NCBI GenBank assembly: GCA_031270475.1
Contig: JAISXO010000034.1
Span: forward strand, 29,491-93,490
Direction of reading: 5' to 3'
DNA: 64,000 nt
Origin: Puniceicoccales bacterium
GTDB taxonomy: Bacteria; Verrucomicrobiota; Verrucomicrobiia; Opitutales; LL51
Part shown: positions 37,336 through 47,958 of the stretch, piece by piece
How the letters are laid out: every line of letters starts with the position of its first letter
How positions within the stretch are numbered: position 1 is the stretch's first letter
Notes under the pieces: model-generated
What the model was told of the DNA's origin: nothing
Database searches by the model: none
Seen by the model: only the letters and a program-made list of their open reading frames with translations
Made by a program: the position numbers and the translations under genes

Positions 37336-37613
37336 TTCACGTGCCGCTTGCTCCCACCCTTGAAAGAATTTCAGGGCCTGTCAAGTCGTTTCTGAAAAGA
37401 TAATTTTCAAAAATAAAAATATTTTGTATTTTCTTTTTGACATAATTCATAAAATCGCGACAATCACTTTATGGTCGATTTGCAACGCAACAAAGCGTAA
37501 GGAGCAAAAGTAAATCTTTTACATTGATTGGAATCGTTTTTATTATTGCCATCACCGGCATTTTACATGCCGCTTGCTCCCACCCTTGAAAGAATTTCAG
37601 TGCCTGTCAAGTG
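37336..37613. repeat. second copy of the divergent-promoter / pilin 5' segment, flanked by two short-form modules
   Basis: 37336-37567 matches 36365-36608. Short modules at 37339-37384 and 37565-37610 (minus) read TTGACA, 17 nt, AAGGGTGGGAGCAAGCGGCA(C/T)GT, which is a 13-nt deletion relative to the long form. Confidence 0.85.
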
Positions 37614-37854
37614 ATTTTTTTGGAATTATTAATACTAGCTTCGTCATTTGGATTTCTAGTATCGGTGAAAGTTGAAATAAATCGCCAGGAATACCTTGAA
37701 AAACTGATATCTACTTTCCCTCTTTGAAAAAACCGGACCTCTGCCAAGTGATTTTTTGAAAATAAATCAATAAAAAATAACAAAACATTGATAGATTGCG
37801 TTTCCAGTTTCCAAAAAGTAATTCCCGGAATTTTTATTTATACTTTGACAATAA

Positions 37855-39054
37855 TTGCCGAAAAATACGTTTATTCCCATGGACGCGCTCGTCAAACTCG
37901 TCGACGGTATCGATACAATTGTTGGACAGGAGTCCCTATCGGAACGCCTATCGCAAAAAAAAATCCTGAAAGTGAAACTTGGTGTCGATCCAACTCGCCC
38001 CGATTTGACCTTTGGCCATATGGTCGTTTTCAATAAATTGCGCCAGTTTCAGGATCTCGGCCACGAAGCAATTTTGCTGATCGGCGACCATACTGCTACC
38101 ATTGGCGATCCTTCCGGTCGTTCTTCGACGCGCCCGGTGTTGACTACCCAAGAGGTCGACCAAAATGCCAAAACTTACCTCGAGCAGGCCTTCAAAATTA
38201 TCGATCCCGAGAGGACGACGATTCGGCGCAATAGCGAGTGGTTTCGAAGGATGACGTTCGACGATATGCTCATTATTGCCCGTAAAATGACGGTTGCGCG
38301 GATGCTTGAGCGGGACGATTTTGCGAAACGCTACCGCGAAAATGAGCCCATTTCCATTGTCGAGTTTTTATATCCTTTGATGCAGGGGTATGATTCGGTC
38401 ATGCTCGAAGCCGACGTCGAGCTTGGCGGAACGGATCAATTTTTCAATTTATTGGTTGGCCGCGCGCTCCAAAGGGATTATGGCCAGCGGGAGCAGATTG
38501 TCATCACGATGCCGCTCATCGTCGGTCTTGATGGGAAGCGTAAAATGTCAAAAAGTTACGATAATTACATTTCATTTAACCATTCTTCAAAGGATATGTT
38601 TGGGCGGATCATGTCGATTCCGGACGAAGTGATGTGGACCTATTTCAAGTTATTATTGGAGTATTCTGACGGGGCGATCGAGGCGTTGAAGGGGGGGCAT
38701 CCCATGGATGCGAAAAAATTTTTGGCTCGATCGTTGGTGGCGCGATTTTACGGTCCAGAAGTCGGGGAGCAAGAGTTAGCGGATTTTGAGGCGGTATTTT
38801 CGCATGGAGAAATCCCGGAAGCGATGCCGGAATTTTCGTTACAAGCGATGGCAAAGGATCCGGTTACTTTAGCCGACGCGATGGCATATTCGCAATTTTT
38901 TGAAAGCAATCGAGAGATTCGCCGACTCATTGAGCAAGGAGCTGTCAAAGTTAATGGGAAGAGTGAAAAGAATTTTAAGTTTCCTTTACGATCCGACCGC
39001 TGTCCCCATGTCATTCAGTCTGGCAAGCGCATATTTTTAAAAGTTATTCCGTAG
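37855..39054 (+). CDS. tyrS: tyrosyl-tRNA synthetase
   Basis: 399 aa. Class I motifs (TFGHMV HIGH-like, KMSKS). C-terminal S4-like domain (IRRLIEQGAVKVNG). Alternative start at 37879. Confidence 0.9.
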   Translation: MPKNTFIPMDALVKLVDGIDTIVGQESLSERLSQKKILKVKLGVDPTRPDLTFGHMVVFNKLRQFQDLGHEAILLIGDHTATIGDPSGRSSTRPVLTTQEVDQNAKTYLEQAFKIIDPERTTIRRNSEWFRRMTFDDMLIIARKMTVARMLERDDFAKRYRENEPISIVEFLYPLMQGYDSVMLEADVELGGTDQFFNLLVGRALQRDYGQREQIVITMPLIVGLDGKRKMSKSYDNYISFNHSSKDMFGRIMSIPDEVMWTYFKLLLEYSDGAIEALKGGHPMDAKKFLARSLVARFYGPEVGEQELADFEAVFSHGEIPEAMPEFSLQAMAKDPVTLADAMAYSQFFESNREIRRLIEQGAVKVNGKSEKNFKFPLRSDRCPHVIQSGKRIFLKVIP

Positions 39055-39505
39055 AAAATAATTAGTGCGTTTATGGCTAATTATTTTTTGCATTATCGCA
39101 GTCGAAAAATTATTTTTTTGTAACGGCGATATATCTTTAAATAGATTTTGAGGCGGTATTGCACACAGAGAAATTGAAAAAAAACAAAAAGGATTTTAAG
39201 ATTCCTTTATAATTCGACCGCTGTCCCCATATTATTCAGTCCGGCAAGCGCATATTTTTAAAAGTTATTCCGTAGGAAATAATTAATGTGTTTACGGTTA
39301 ATTATTTTTTGCATTATCGCAATCGAAAAATTATTTTTTTGTAACGGCGATATATCTTTAAATAGATTTTGAGGCGGTATTGCACACAGAGAAATTGAAA
39401 AAAACAAAAAGAATTTTAAGATCCTTTTACGATTCGACCGCTGTCCCCATGTCATTCGGTCTGGCAAGCGCATACTTTTAAAAGTTATTCCGTAGGAAAA
39501 TGATT
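38972..39505. repeat. tandem repeat, ~2.4 x ~221 bp, reiterating the tyrS 3' end
   Basis: ATTTTAAG...CGACCGCTGTCCCCAT...GGCAAGCGCATA..TTTTAAAAGTTATTCCGTAG recurs at 38972, 39193 and 39413. The units also carry AGATTTTGAGGCGGTATT, which matches tyrS at ~38785. Confidence 0.85.
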
Positions 39506-39545
39506 AATTTATTTACAATTGAATCTTTTTTTTTACACTAATGCA

Positions 39546-40316
39546 ATGAGAGTGCATATATTATTATCGGAGATCGTGGTCGGATTTTTTCTGATCATCA
39601 TTTCGTCATGGGGCAGCGGAGCGATTCCGATTTTTCCACTACGTAAAATGGGACAGCGGCTACCATGGGGGCATATTTCAACGCTAAATGAAATGCAGGA
39701 ACAGTCCAAAAGTAAGGGTATTTTTGCGCATACTTTAGATCATATTGAAGAATTTTACGGGATAACGGTGGATGAATTTCGCCAACTACCGCTAGCTTTT
39801 CGGAGGCGAATTGTGAATTTTAAAAAATCATGTAATTTACATACGATGCGGGAAATTAATAAATTTTTGCATGAATTTTTGCGAACGATGCCATTCTATC
39901 GGCATTACGTCGTCGAGCGAACATTTTTCAAGGCGATTTGTTTTATCATCCAAAGTTCCGACATTCAGCATAATAGTAAAATTTGTGAGCTTTTAGAGGC
40001 CATTGAGCGCGAATTTCGAGAGGTCGAAGAGTTTATTTGTCCGCTTCCCCGCTATCCATTATTTTCCGAAGTGATGCCTTGGCACGATGATCCTTTGGGC
40101 GGCGCCATTGAGAAAGGGGATCCGGATGCGTTCAAGGAGGACTTGACGCGTTGTCTTGCAGCCGATTCCATCCACAATGTTTCTTCCGGCGATACGGCGG
40201 GGTTATTCGCAATTTACCAACGAGTGGCCGAAAATGAAGGCGTGTGGGACGACGAAATTGCTGATTTATTTCAAGAACTTGCGAAAAAATATCCCCCAAA
40301 GAATCGGAGTTATTAA
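39546..40316 (+). CDS. hypothetical membrane-anchored protein
   Basis: The ATG inside ORF 39519..40316 gives MRVHILLSEIVVGFFLIIISSWG (TM helix). No family recognised. Confidence 0.5.
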   Translation: MRVHILLSEIVVGFFLIIISSWGSGAIPIFPLRKMGQRLPWGHISTLNEMQEQSKSKGIFAHTLDHIEEFYGITVDEFRQLPLAFRRRIVNFKKSCNLHTMREINKFLHEFLRTMPFYRHYVVERTFFKAICFIIQSSDIQHNSKICELLEAIEREFREVEEFICPLPRYPLFSEVMPWHDDPLGGAIEKGDPDAFKEDLTRCLAADSIHNVSSGDTAGLFAIYQRVAENEGVWDDEIADLFQELAKKYPPKNRSY

Positions 40317-40332
40317 AATTTTGTTATAGATT

Positions 40333-41070
40333 TTACAGATTGATTGATTGTAAAAAAAACAAATCGCGCGGGACAGTAATTTTTAAATTTAAATCTCTGT
40401 TTTCAAGAAATTTAATAGTCCCAGAAAAAACGCCAGAATCATCGGTTAAATGACGCCCCAAACGAATCGCGGCTTTGTAATCTTTGAAAATTGCCGGGAA
40501 ATAAAATGCCTGAGGAGTCTCTAATGCCCAAAGCGTCTCGCGAATCGGATAACTTCGCTGTGCCATTTCGGTCACTTCAACGTTTGATAATGAATTTTTT
40601 GTTATATCGTTACTACTTTTTGATGTGACTATAACCGTCGTGTCGGTCGGACGATGTCCCAATACAACGCCGCAATCCTCGGAAAGAAGCGCGTCAATGC
40701 TCAAAATATGCTCCACCGTCACCAGTGGCCGCGCCCCATCGTGAATGTAAACAAAAGCCTCAACAGAAAATTGTTTGTAAATTACTTCGAGTGCGCCGTA
40801 GACGGAAAGTGCCCGCTCTTGACCCCCAGAAATCCACGCGACCTGCGATAAGACCTCCGCTGAATAACGGTTTTTTAAAAAAATTTCCAACTTTTCTCGC
40901 TGGACAATATCGCGGTAAACAAAAAAATAACGATCGAAAATCCCCGCGCTGCGAAAAGCTTCAAAGGAGTAAGCTACAATCGGCCTGCCATCTATGATCG
41001 CAAGACACTTGTCCTCGCCCCCAAAACGACGGGATTGGCCCGCCATTAGTATGATCGCATAGCGCTCCAT
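40333..41070 (-). CDS. ispD: 2-C-methyl-D-erythritol 4-phosphate cytidylyltransferase
   Basis: 245 aa. AIILMAGQSRRFG N-terminal nucleotide-binding motif, VYIHDGARP, ETPQAF. Confidence 0.85.
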   Translation of the reverse strand: MERYAIILMAGQSRRFGGEDKCLAIIDGRPIVAYSFEAFRSAGIFDRYFFVYRDIVQREKLEIFLKNRYSAEVLSQVAWISGGQERALSVYGALEVIYKQFSVEAFVYIHDGARPLVTVEHILSIDALLSEDCGVVLGHRPTDTTVIVTSKSSNDITKNSLSNVEVTEMAQRSYPIRETLWALETPQAFYFPAIFKDYKAAIRLGRHLTDDSGVFSGTIKFLENRDLNLKITVPRDLFFLQSINL

Positions 41071-41073
41071 GGG

Positions 41074-42684
<1,611 letters not shown>

Positions 42685-42740
42685 TTAGAGATAAACGAAC
42701 TTTTGCCGGATACAAGGTAAATGTTTGAATGGAGGTTGTT

Positions 42741-42842
42741 GGGGGCAAAAGCTGCGCGGTTCCCGCGCAAGGATAGAGGATTCTCCCCTATCCTTCAAGG
42801 GGCGTAGCCCCTTGAGCTTTTGCCCCCGCGCCCGCAGGGCGC
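42741..42842 (+). repeat. cloverleaf element, copy C3
   Basis: Outer stem GGGGGCAAAAGCT / AGCTTTTGCCCCC. Inner hairpins GCGCGG-ttc-CCGCGC, AAGGATAGAGGA-ttc-TCCCCTATCCTT (one mismatch) and CAAGGGGC-gta-GCCCCTTG. Trailing hairpin GCGCCC-gca-GGGCGC. Confidence 0.85.
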
Positions 42843-42947
42843 CCTCTAGGATACGAATTTTCCATTTCTCCGTGAGAGCATCCAATCGAAATAAGCAAAA
42901 AAGGCTAAATATCTATTTAAAACAATCAAGTTTTAATAAAAAATTGA

Positions 42948-43598
42948 TTAGTCCATTTTCCAGCTAACGACGTCAATGGAGGTATTGTTATTACCGACGG
43001 TAAAAATCGCGACCTTTTCGCGCAATCCGGTGGAGGGAACTTTTTCCTTGATAGTTGTGTAAGCCGTATCGTTAAAGGCAGATTGGGGGATTACCGCATT
43101 GTCATCGGAATCATCTTCGACGATGAGGTGGATGTCACGGTTATTGAAGCGATCGGCCAATATGCTATAATCGATGGTACCGTCGGATTTTTTTAAAAAG
43201 TCGTCATCGGAGAATTCGACGAATTGTGTTCCATTAGGGTTGAGGTATTCATGGGCCGAAGAGAGGGCATCGCCATCGATATCCTTACCGGAGAGCGCGC
43301 GAATGAGATTTTCCGAGGATGTTGTGGAGAGTGTAATGATTTGGTCGGCATTGAGGGCTGTTCCTTGCGTTACAATCTGAGGAAAATAGCCGTACTCGCG
43401 GTAGTAGGCATTGAGGCCGAAAACGTAGCGACTGAAGTGGATTTTCGATTGGTTAGCATACATCGAGCGCTTAACTTTACCAAATGTTGGCAGAATAAGA
43501 GAGGCTAAAACTGCGATTGTTGCGATAACAACGATGAGTTCCAGCGTTGTAAAGGCACGATTTTTTTTACTATATTTCGAAGAAAAACGGGGATACAT
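42948..43598 (-). CDS. prepilin-type N-terminal cleavage/methylation protein
   Basis: The internal ATG of ORF 42948..43661 gives MYPRFSSKYSKKNRAFTTLELIVVIATIAVLASLILP. Confidence 0.75.
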   Translation of the reverse strand: MYPRFSSKYSKKNRAFTTLELIVVIATIAVLASLILPTFGKVKRSMYANQSKIHFSRYVFGLNAYYREYGYFPQIVTQGTALNADQIITLSTTSSENLIRALSGKDIDGDALSSAHEYLNPNGTQFVEFSDDDFLKKSDGTIDYSILADRFNNRDIHLIVEDDSDDNAVIPQSAFNDTAYTTIKEKVPSTGLREKVAIFTVGNNNTSIDVVSWKMD

Positions 43599-43644
43599 TG
43601 ACAAAGAAAATATAATTAAAAAAGAAAATATAAGCAATGAAAAA

Positions 43645-44223
43645 TTACAAAAAGCCCCCATTGGTCAAAATGATATCACCGTTGAATTGACCGCTGACCT
43701 TACCTTCACCGCTGATGGCTACGCCTTTGGAAATCGTCGATTGGCGCTGTGGATCTTGCTGACCTTTGGGGCCTTTGGAAAGCAAAATATAGGAAGGGTT
43801 TTGCCACGTGCCATCGTCGGAGCGCAGTTTATGGTAGTAGATATAATCGCTGAGAAAGGGGTCGACAAATTTGCCGTCAATTTCTTCGAGCGAGGTCACA
43901 ACGAGGTCAATTTTTTTTATTGCGGCGGGTACATTGCCATCGGGATCAATATTGCCGTGGAGTGCGGAACAGAGGATATCGCCTTGGTCATCGTTATGGC
44001 TTATAATTTTCGGGTAATCGCCATGGAGCTCGTAGTATTCTTCGAGCCAGTTGGCGATTTGCATCATTTCGGTACGGGTACGGATTTGTTTTTCCCTTCC
44101 TTGGAGGGTTTGCCGGATTTTTAAAATGCCGGCGATGACAATGAGAAAGATCGAAATCGTACAAATGGTTTCAATGACGGTAAAGGCCATGCGGCTGGAT
44201 ATCCTAGTTTTTCCAGTATTCAT
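43645..44223 (-). CDS. prepilin-type N-terminal cleavage/methylation protein (pseudopilin-like)
   Basis: 192 aa. MAFTVIETICTISIFLIVIAGIL hydrophobic pilin-like N-terminus after a basic leader. Confidence 0.65.
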   Translation of the reverse strand: MNTGKTRISSRMAFTVIETICTISIFLIVIAGILKIRQTLQGREKQIRTRTEMMQIANWLEEYYELHGDYPKIISHNDDQGDILCSALHGNIDPDGNVPAAIKKIDLVVTSLEEIDGKFVDPFLSDYIYYHKLRSDDGTWQNPSYILLSKGPKGQQDPQRQSTISKGVAISGEGKVSGQFNGDIILTNGGFL

Positions 44224-44231
44224 TATTTATG

Positions 44232-45200
44232 CTAGAAAATTTTATTCAAAGTGAGGCCGATGCTTGAACTCTTGTCATTTTTACCATAGCGACCGGAGAA
44301 ATGGAGGTTAAGAAAACAAGATTGTGTGCAGTGGAAATGGATGCCCGCCGTGACGAGTAATTGTTTCTTGGCGAGGGCAGATCGGGTAAAGTTTTCCGCG
44401 GTATTATTTATTTCAATTTCTCCGCCTGACCAGCGTTTACGTAGATCACAGTTCGCGCCGATGAAGCAATGGGCGTAGAATGGTTGGCTATCTTTTTCGC
44501 ATTTGATGCCGACAATGCCGTCGAATGATTTTAAACGTAGGGCGTTTTGCGACCACTCTTTAGCTCCGTTTTGTTTGAGATGATCGCTGCGTAGGGCCAC
44601 GTTGGGACCGATCTTAAATCCGTGCCATTTCCATGGATAGTAGACGTCGATTTTGCTATGAAAGATGCGATGATGGTGGGTCAAGCGATCGAAGGCGAGT
44701 CCCTGGAGGGTGAGATTTTTGCAATCCGTGTGCGATGTGCCGAATCCCAGAATCGATGTCGTCGAAACATCGAAGCCCCAGATATGAAAATTGCAGTAGT
44801 AGCCGGCGAATCCCGTATCCAAATGGCTTTTTGAAAGATGGTCATAGCTGTAATCGATATGTGTTCGGGTCGTACCGCCAAAAAATCCCACGGCGCAGGT
44901 CCGTTTAAGGATGAAGTTGTCATAGGAAAAATCGAACCCTACGAGCGCAGCACCACCATCGGAGTCATAATATTTTCCATCGCCGTTGGTATAAGCGATG
45001 GTTCCACAGATTTCGAATGGGCGTGTATTTTCCTGGGGAAAGATTTTTTTGGCTTCCAACGAGTGTTGGGTGATGATACTATCAAGGGTGGACACGCCAT
45101 GTTTCAACAATGAAGCGAGTTCCGTGTAAGGACTTTCGAATCCACAGGCCACACCTTTTAGCAATAAACAGCTCCCGAATATGATTTTTTTATGCAACAT
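44232..45200 (-). CDS. outer-membrane beta-barrel protein (autotransporter beta-domain-like)
   Basis: 322 aa. Signal peptide, alternating beta-strand pattern, C-terminal ...GLTLNKIF. Similar in character to the C-terminus of the 1380-aa protein. Confidence 0.6.
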   Translation of the reverse strand: MLHKKIIFGSCLLLKGVACGFESPYTELASLLKHGVSTLDSIITQHSLEAKKIFPQENTRPFEICGTIAYTNGDGKYYDSDGGAALVGFDFSYDNFILKRTCAVGFFGGTTRTHIDYSYDHLSKSHLDTGFAGYYCNFHIWGFDVSTTSILGFGTSHTDCKNLTLQGLAFDRLTHHHRIFHSKIDVYYPWKWHGFKIGPNVALRSDHLKQNGAKEWSQNALRLKSFDGIVGIKCEKDSQPFYAHCFIGANCDLRKRWSGGEIEINNTAENFTRSALAKKQLLVTAGIHFHCTQSCFLNLHFSGRYGKNDKSSSIGLTLNKIF

Positions 45201-45311
45201 CCCTCAAGGAGAAATATTTAATCCGCGAGAATAATCAATGAAGAAAAATCTTTTTCATTGATTAATTGTTTAGAATTGTATATTCCACCATTGGTTTGTG
45301 TGGTAGTATTT

Positions 45312-46055
45312 GTGAGTGTGGCATTAACAATTAATCACCTATCCATGGCCTACGGTGAACGTATCGTCATGCGCGATCTCAACTTCGAGGTTCAGAGTGG
45401 AGAAATTTTTTTAATTATTGGTGGTAGTGGTTGCGGCAAGAGTACGCTTTTAAAACACCTCGTGGGAATCATACCCGTTGCCGATGGTACGATTTTCTAT
45501 GGCGATACGGATGCCAATCGCGTCTTGGAGTCGAAAAATATTGCCCAAAAATTTGGCATTCTCTACCAGAGTGGAGCCCTTTGGAGTGACCTCACCATTG
45601 GAGAAAACGTCGCCTTACCGTTGGAGTACTACACCCATTTGTCGTCAAAAGAAATCAAGGATCTCGTTTCATTCAAGCTTTCCTTAGTTGGATTGCAGGG
45701 GTGCGAGGACCACTATCCCTTCGAGCTTTCCGGTGGGATGAAGAAGCGGGCCGGATTAGCGCGGGCGATGGTTTTAGATCCGGAGTTTTTATTTTTCGAC
45801 GAGCCTTCTGCGGGGCTAGATCCCCTAACATCGAAGCGTTTGGACGATTTAATTTTGGAGATTCGCAATTGCTTTGGTACGACGATTGTGATTGTCACGC
45901 ACGAATTGGCAAGTATATTTGCGATTGGCGATCGTGCGATCTACCTCGATGGAGAGACCAAAACGGCGTTGGATATTGGGACGCCGGAGTGGTTGTTGCA
46001 CCACGGCGATCGACAGGTTCGCCAATTTTTATCGCGCGGAGAGAGTGATGACTAA
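45312..46055 (+). CDS. ABC transporter ATP-binding protein (MlaF-like)
   Basis: GGSGCGKSTLL Walker A, LSGGMKKRAGLARA signature, FFDEPSAGLD Walker B. The ORF-track start 45258 is a TTG inside a hairpin; the GTG at 45312 gives a normal N-terminus. The start is uncertain. Confidence 0.8.
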   Translation: MSVALTINHLSMAYGERIVMRDLNFEVQSGEIFLIIGGSGCGKSTLLKHLVGIIPVADGTIFYGDTDANRVLESKNIAQKFGILYQSGALWSDLTIGENVALPLEYYTHLSSKEIKDLVSFKLSLVGLQGCEDHYPFELSGGMKKRAGLARAMVLDPEFLFFDEPSAGLDPLTSKRLDDLILEIRNCFGTTIVIVTHELASIFAIGDRAIYLDGETKTALDIGTPEWLLHHGDRQVRQFLSRGESDD

Positions 46056-47043
46056 GAAAGTGAATTTATTTGCGATCGGCGTATTTGTTATGGGGGCGTT
46101 GAGTCTTTTTGCTATTGCGATTGCCATTCTTTTTCGCGGGAGTTTTTTTAGTCACACGACCTCCATTGTTTTGTATTTCAATGGTTCGCTCAATGGTCTC
46201 GATATTGGTTCGGCGGTAAAATTCAAGGGAGTACGCATTGGCAATGTGAAGGCGATCGATATCGTTTATGATGCTGATATCGGGGTTGCGACGCCTGTTA
46301 TTGCGGAGATTGATACCTCTGTTTTTTCTCCTTCGGCCCAATTACTTTCCAAACTCGAGCGCGATCAATTCTATCAAAATCAGGCCATGAATGGTCTTGC
46401 GGCGAAGTTAAGCATGGAGAGTTTTGTGACGGGAAAACTTTTCGTTGAACTCGATTACTATCGGCCGAACAAGTTGCGTTTTTATGGGAAAAATAAGACA
46501 AATTTCCCTCAAATCCCTACGATTGCATCGGAGATTGAGAAATTTATTTCCAATGCGGATCACATGCTCAAGCAGTTTGGCCAGATTGATTTCAAGAATA
46601 TTTCGACGCGCTTGGTTTCGATTTTAACGAACTTTGATAATCAGCTTCAGGGCATTGATTTTCGCGAATTGGTTCACAATATTTCCAATGGAGCGATCGC
46701 AATAGAGACGTTTTTTAATTCGGATAGTATGCAAATGCTCATCGAACGTCTTTCGGCGACACTCAGCGATGTGCAAAAATTTTTAACCGACGCATCTGGG
46801 GTTGTGGATCAATTTGGCGTAGACTTTGGCATGGCAGCGGAGGGGCTATGTCAAGCTTCCGGTCAATTTCGGGACACGTGCGGGCATATTTCGGAATTGA
46901 TTGGTCCCCAATCGGATTTTCGTGGGAGTGCCAAAGATTTCCTTTTGCAGGCGAATAAGACCTTACAATCGCTGCGCTATCTCCTGAATTTGTTGAATAA
47001 GACGCCGAATGCACTTTTGGCTGGAATTGATTATGAAGACTAG
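46048..47043 (+). CDS. MCE / MlaD-PqiB family protein
   Basis: ATG 46048 overlaps the upstream stop. MTKKVNLFAIGVFVMGALSLFAIA anchor. GLDIGSAVKFKGVRIGNVKAI MCE domain. Confidence 0.8.
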   Translation: MTKKVNLFAIGVFVMGALSLFAIAIAILFRGSFFSHTTSIVLYFNGSLNGLDIGSAVKFKGVRIGNVKAIDIVYDADIGVATPVIAEIDTSVFSPSAQLLSKLERDQFYQNQAMNGLAAKLSMESFVTGKLFVELDYYRPNKLRFYGKNKTNFPQIPTIASEIEKFISNADHMLKQFGQIDFKNISTRLVSILTNFDNQLQGIDFRELVHNISNGAIAIETFFNSDSMQMLIERLSATLSDVQKFLTDASGVVDQFGVDFGMAAEGLCQASGQFRDTCGHISELIGPQSDFRGSAKDFLLQANKTLQSLRYLLNLLNKTPNALLAGIDYED

Positions 47044-47668
47044 ATTTTTTTTGTATTACGAATTGTTGATGTTTTTTTTATTCTGTTCGGGGTGTACACT
47101 TTTCAAGACGACTCCCGATCGGACGCGTCTATTTGACATTGGATTTCGGGGGACGCAATCGGCGATGTCTTCGGTAGACAGTGCAAAAATTTGTCTTATT
47201 TTGGGGAGTTTTCCGGATTATCTCGATGGATCACCGATCATCACGAAGATTGGTGAGCATGAATTGAAAAATAATCCGCGCTATCGTTGGGCCAAACCGC
47301 TTTCGGAAACGATTCTTTACATTGTAAAACGCAGTATTTTGCAAAGTTTTTCGAAAGTTTACGTCTATGAATTCCCCAAAGATACCATGGATAAGATTGA
47401 TTTTACGCTATGTTTAGACGTCGATGGGCTGGAGATTTGCGAAGTGACGCAGCGGATTATCTTTAAAGGGACGTGGACTTTTTTAGATGCGAAGCAACGG
47501 AATATAACCCATGCTCCATTTGAATTTTGCGAGTCATTTGATGATTTTTCGGATCGTTACGGAGAAATAGTGGCCAAGGTGGAGCAGGTTATCCATCATT
47601 TAGGCGACGCGATTGTAAAGGAAATGGATCTTATTTTTCTAAAAAGAATAACGGGAAATAATCCCTAG
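47033..47668 (+). CDS. ABC-transport auxiliary lipoprotein (PqiC/YmbA-like)
   Basis: MKTRFFLYYELLMFFLFCSGC lipobox. Its position directly after an MCE gene is typical. Confidence 0.6.
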   Translation: MKTRFFLYYELLMFFLFCSGCTLFKTTPDRTRLFDIGFRGTQSAMSSVDSAKICLILGSFPDYLDGSPIITKIGEHELKNNPRYRWAKPLSETILYIVKRSILQSFSKVYVYEFPKDTMDKIDFTLCLDVDGLEICEVTQRIIFKGTWTFLDAKQRNITHAPFEFCESFDDFSDRYGEIVAKVEQVIHHLGDAIVKEMDLIFLKRITGNNP

Positions 47669-47958
47669 CAAGCCGTTTGGGATGCGTTTAAAAGAAGAAG
47701 AGAATATTAGTGGAGAGAGGCGTCGCATTTCTTTTTTTGATATGAATGATAGAAATAAGAAGAAATAGTGGCCAAGGAGGAGCAGGTTATCCATCATTTA
47801 GGCGACGCGATTGTAAAGGAAATGGATCTTATTTTTCTAAAAAAAATAACGGGAAATAATCCCTAGCAAGCCGTTTTGGATGCGTTTAAAAGAAGAAAAG
47901 AATATTAGGGGAGAGGCGTCGCATTTCTTTTTTTGATATGAATGATGGAAATAAGAAG
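47563..47958. repeat. tandem duplication, 2 x 198 bp, spanning both 3' ends of a convergent gene pair
   Basis: 47563-47760 and 47761-47958 are near-identical. The junction reads gatAGAAATAagaAGAAATAgtgg, with AGAAATA microhomology. Confidence 0.9.
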
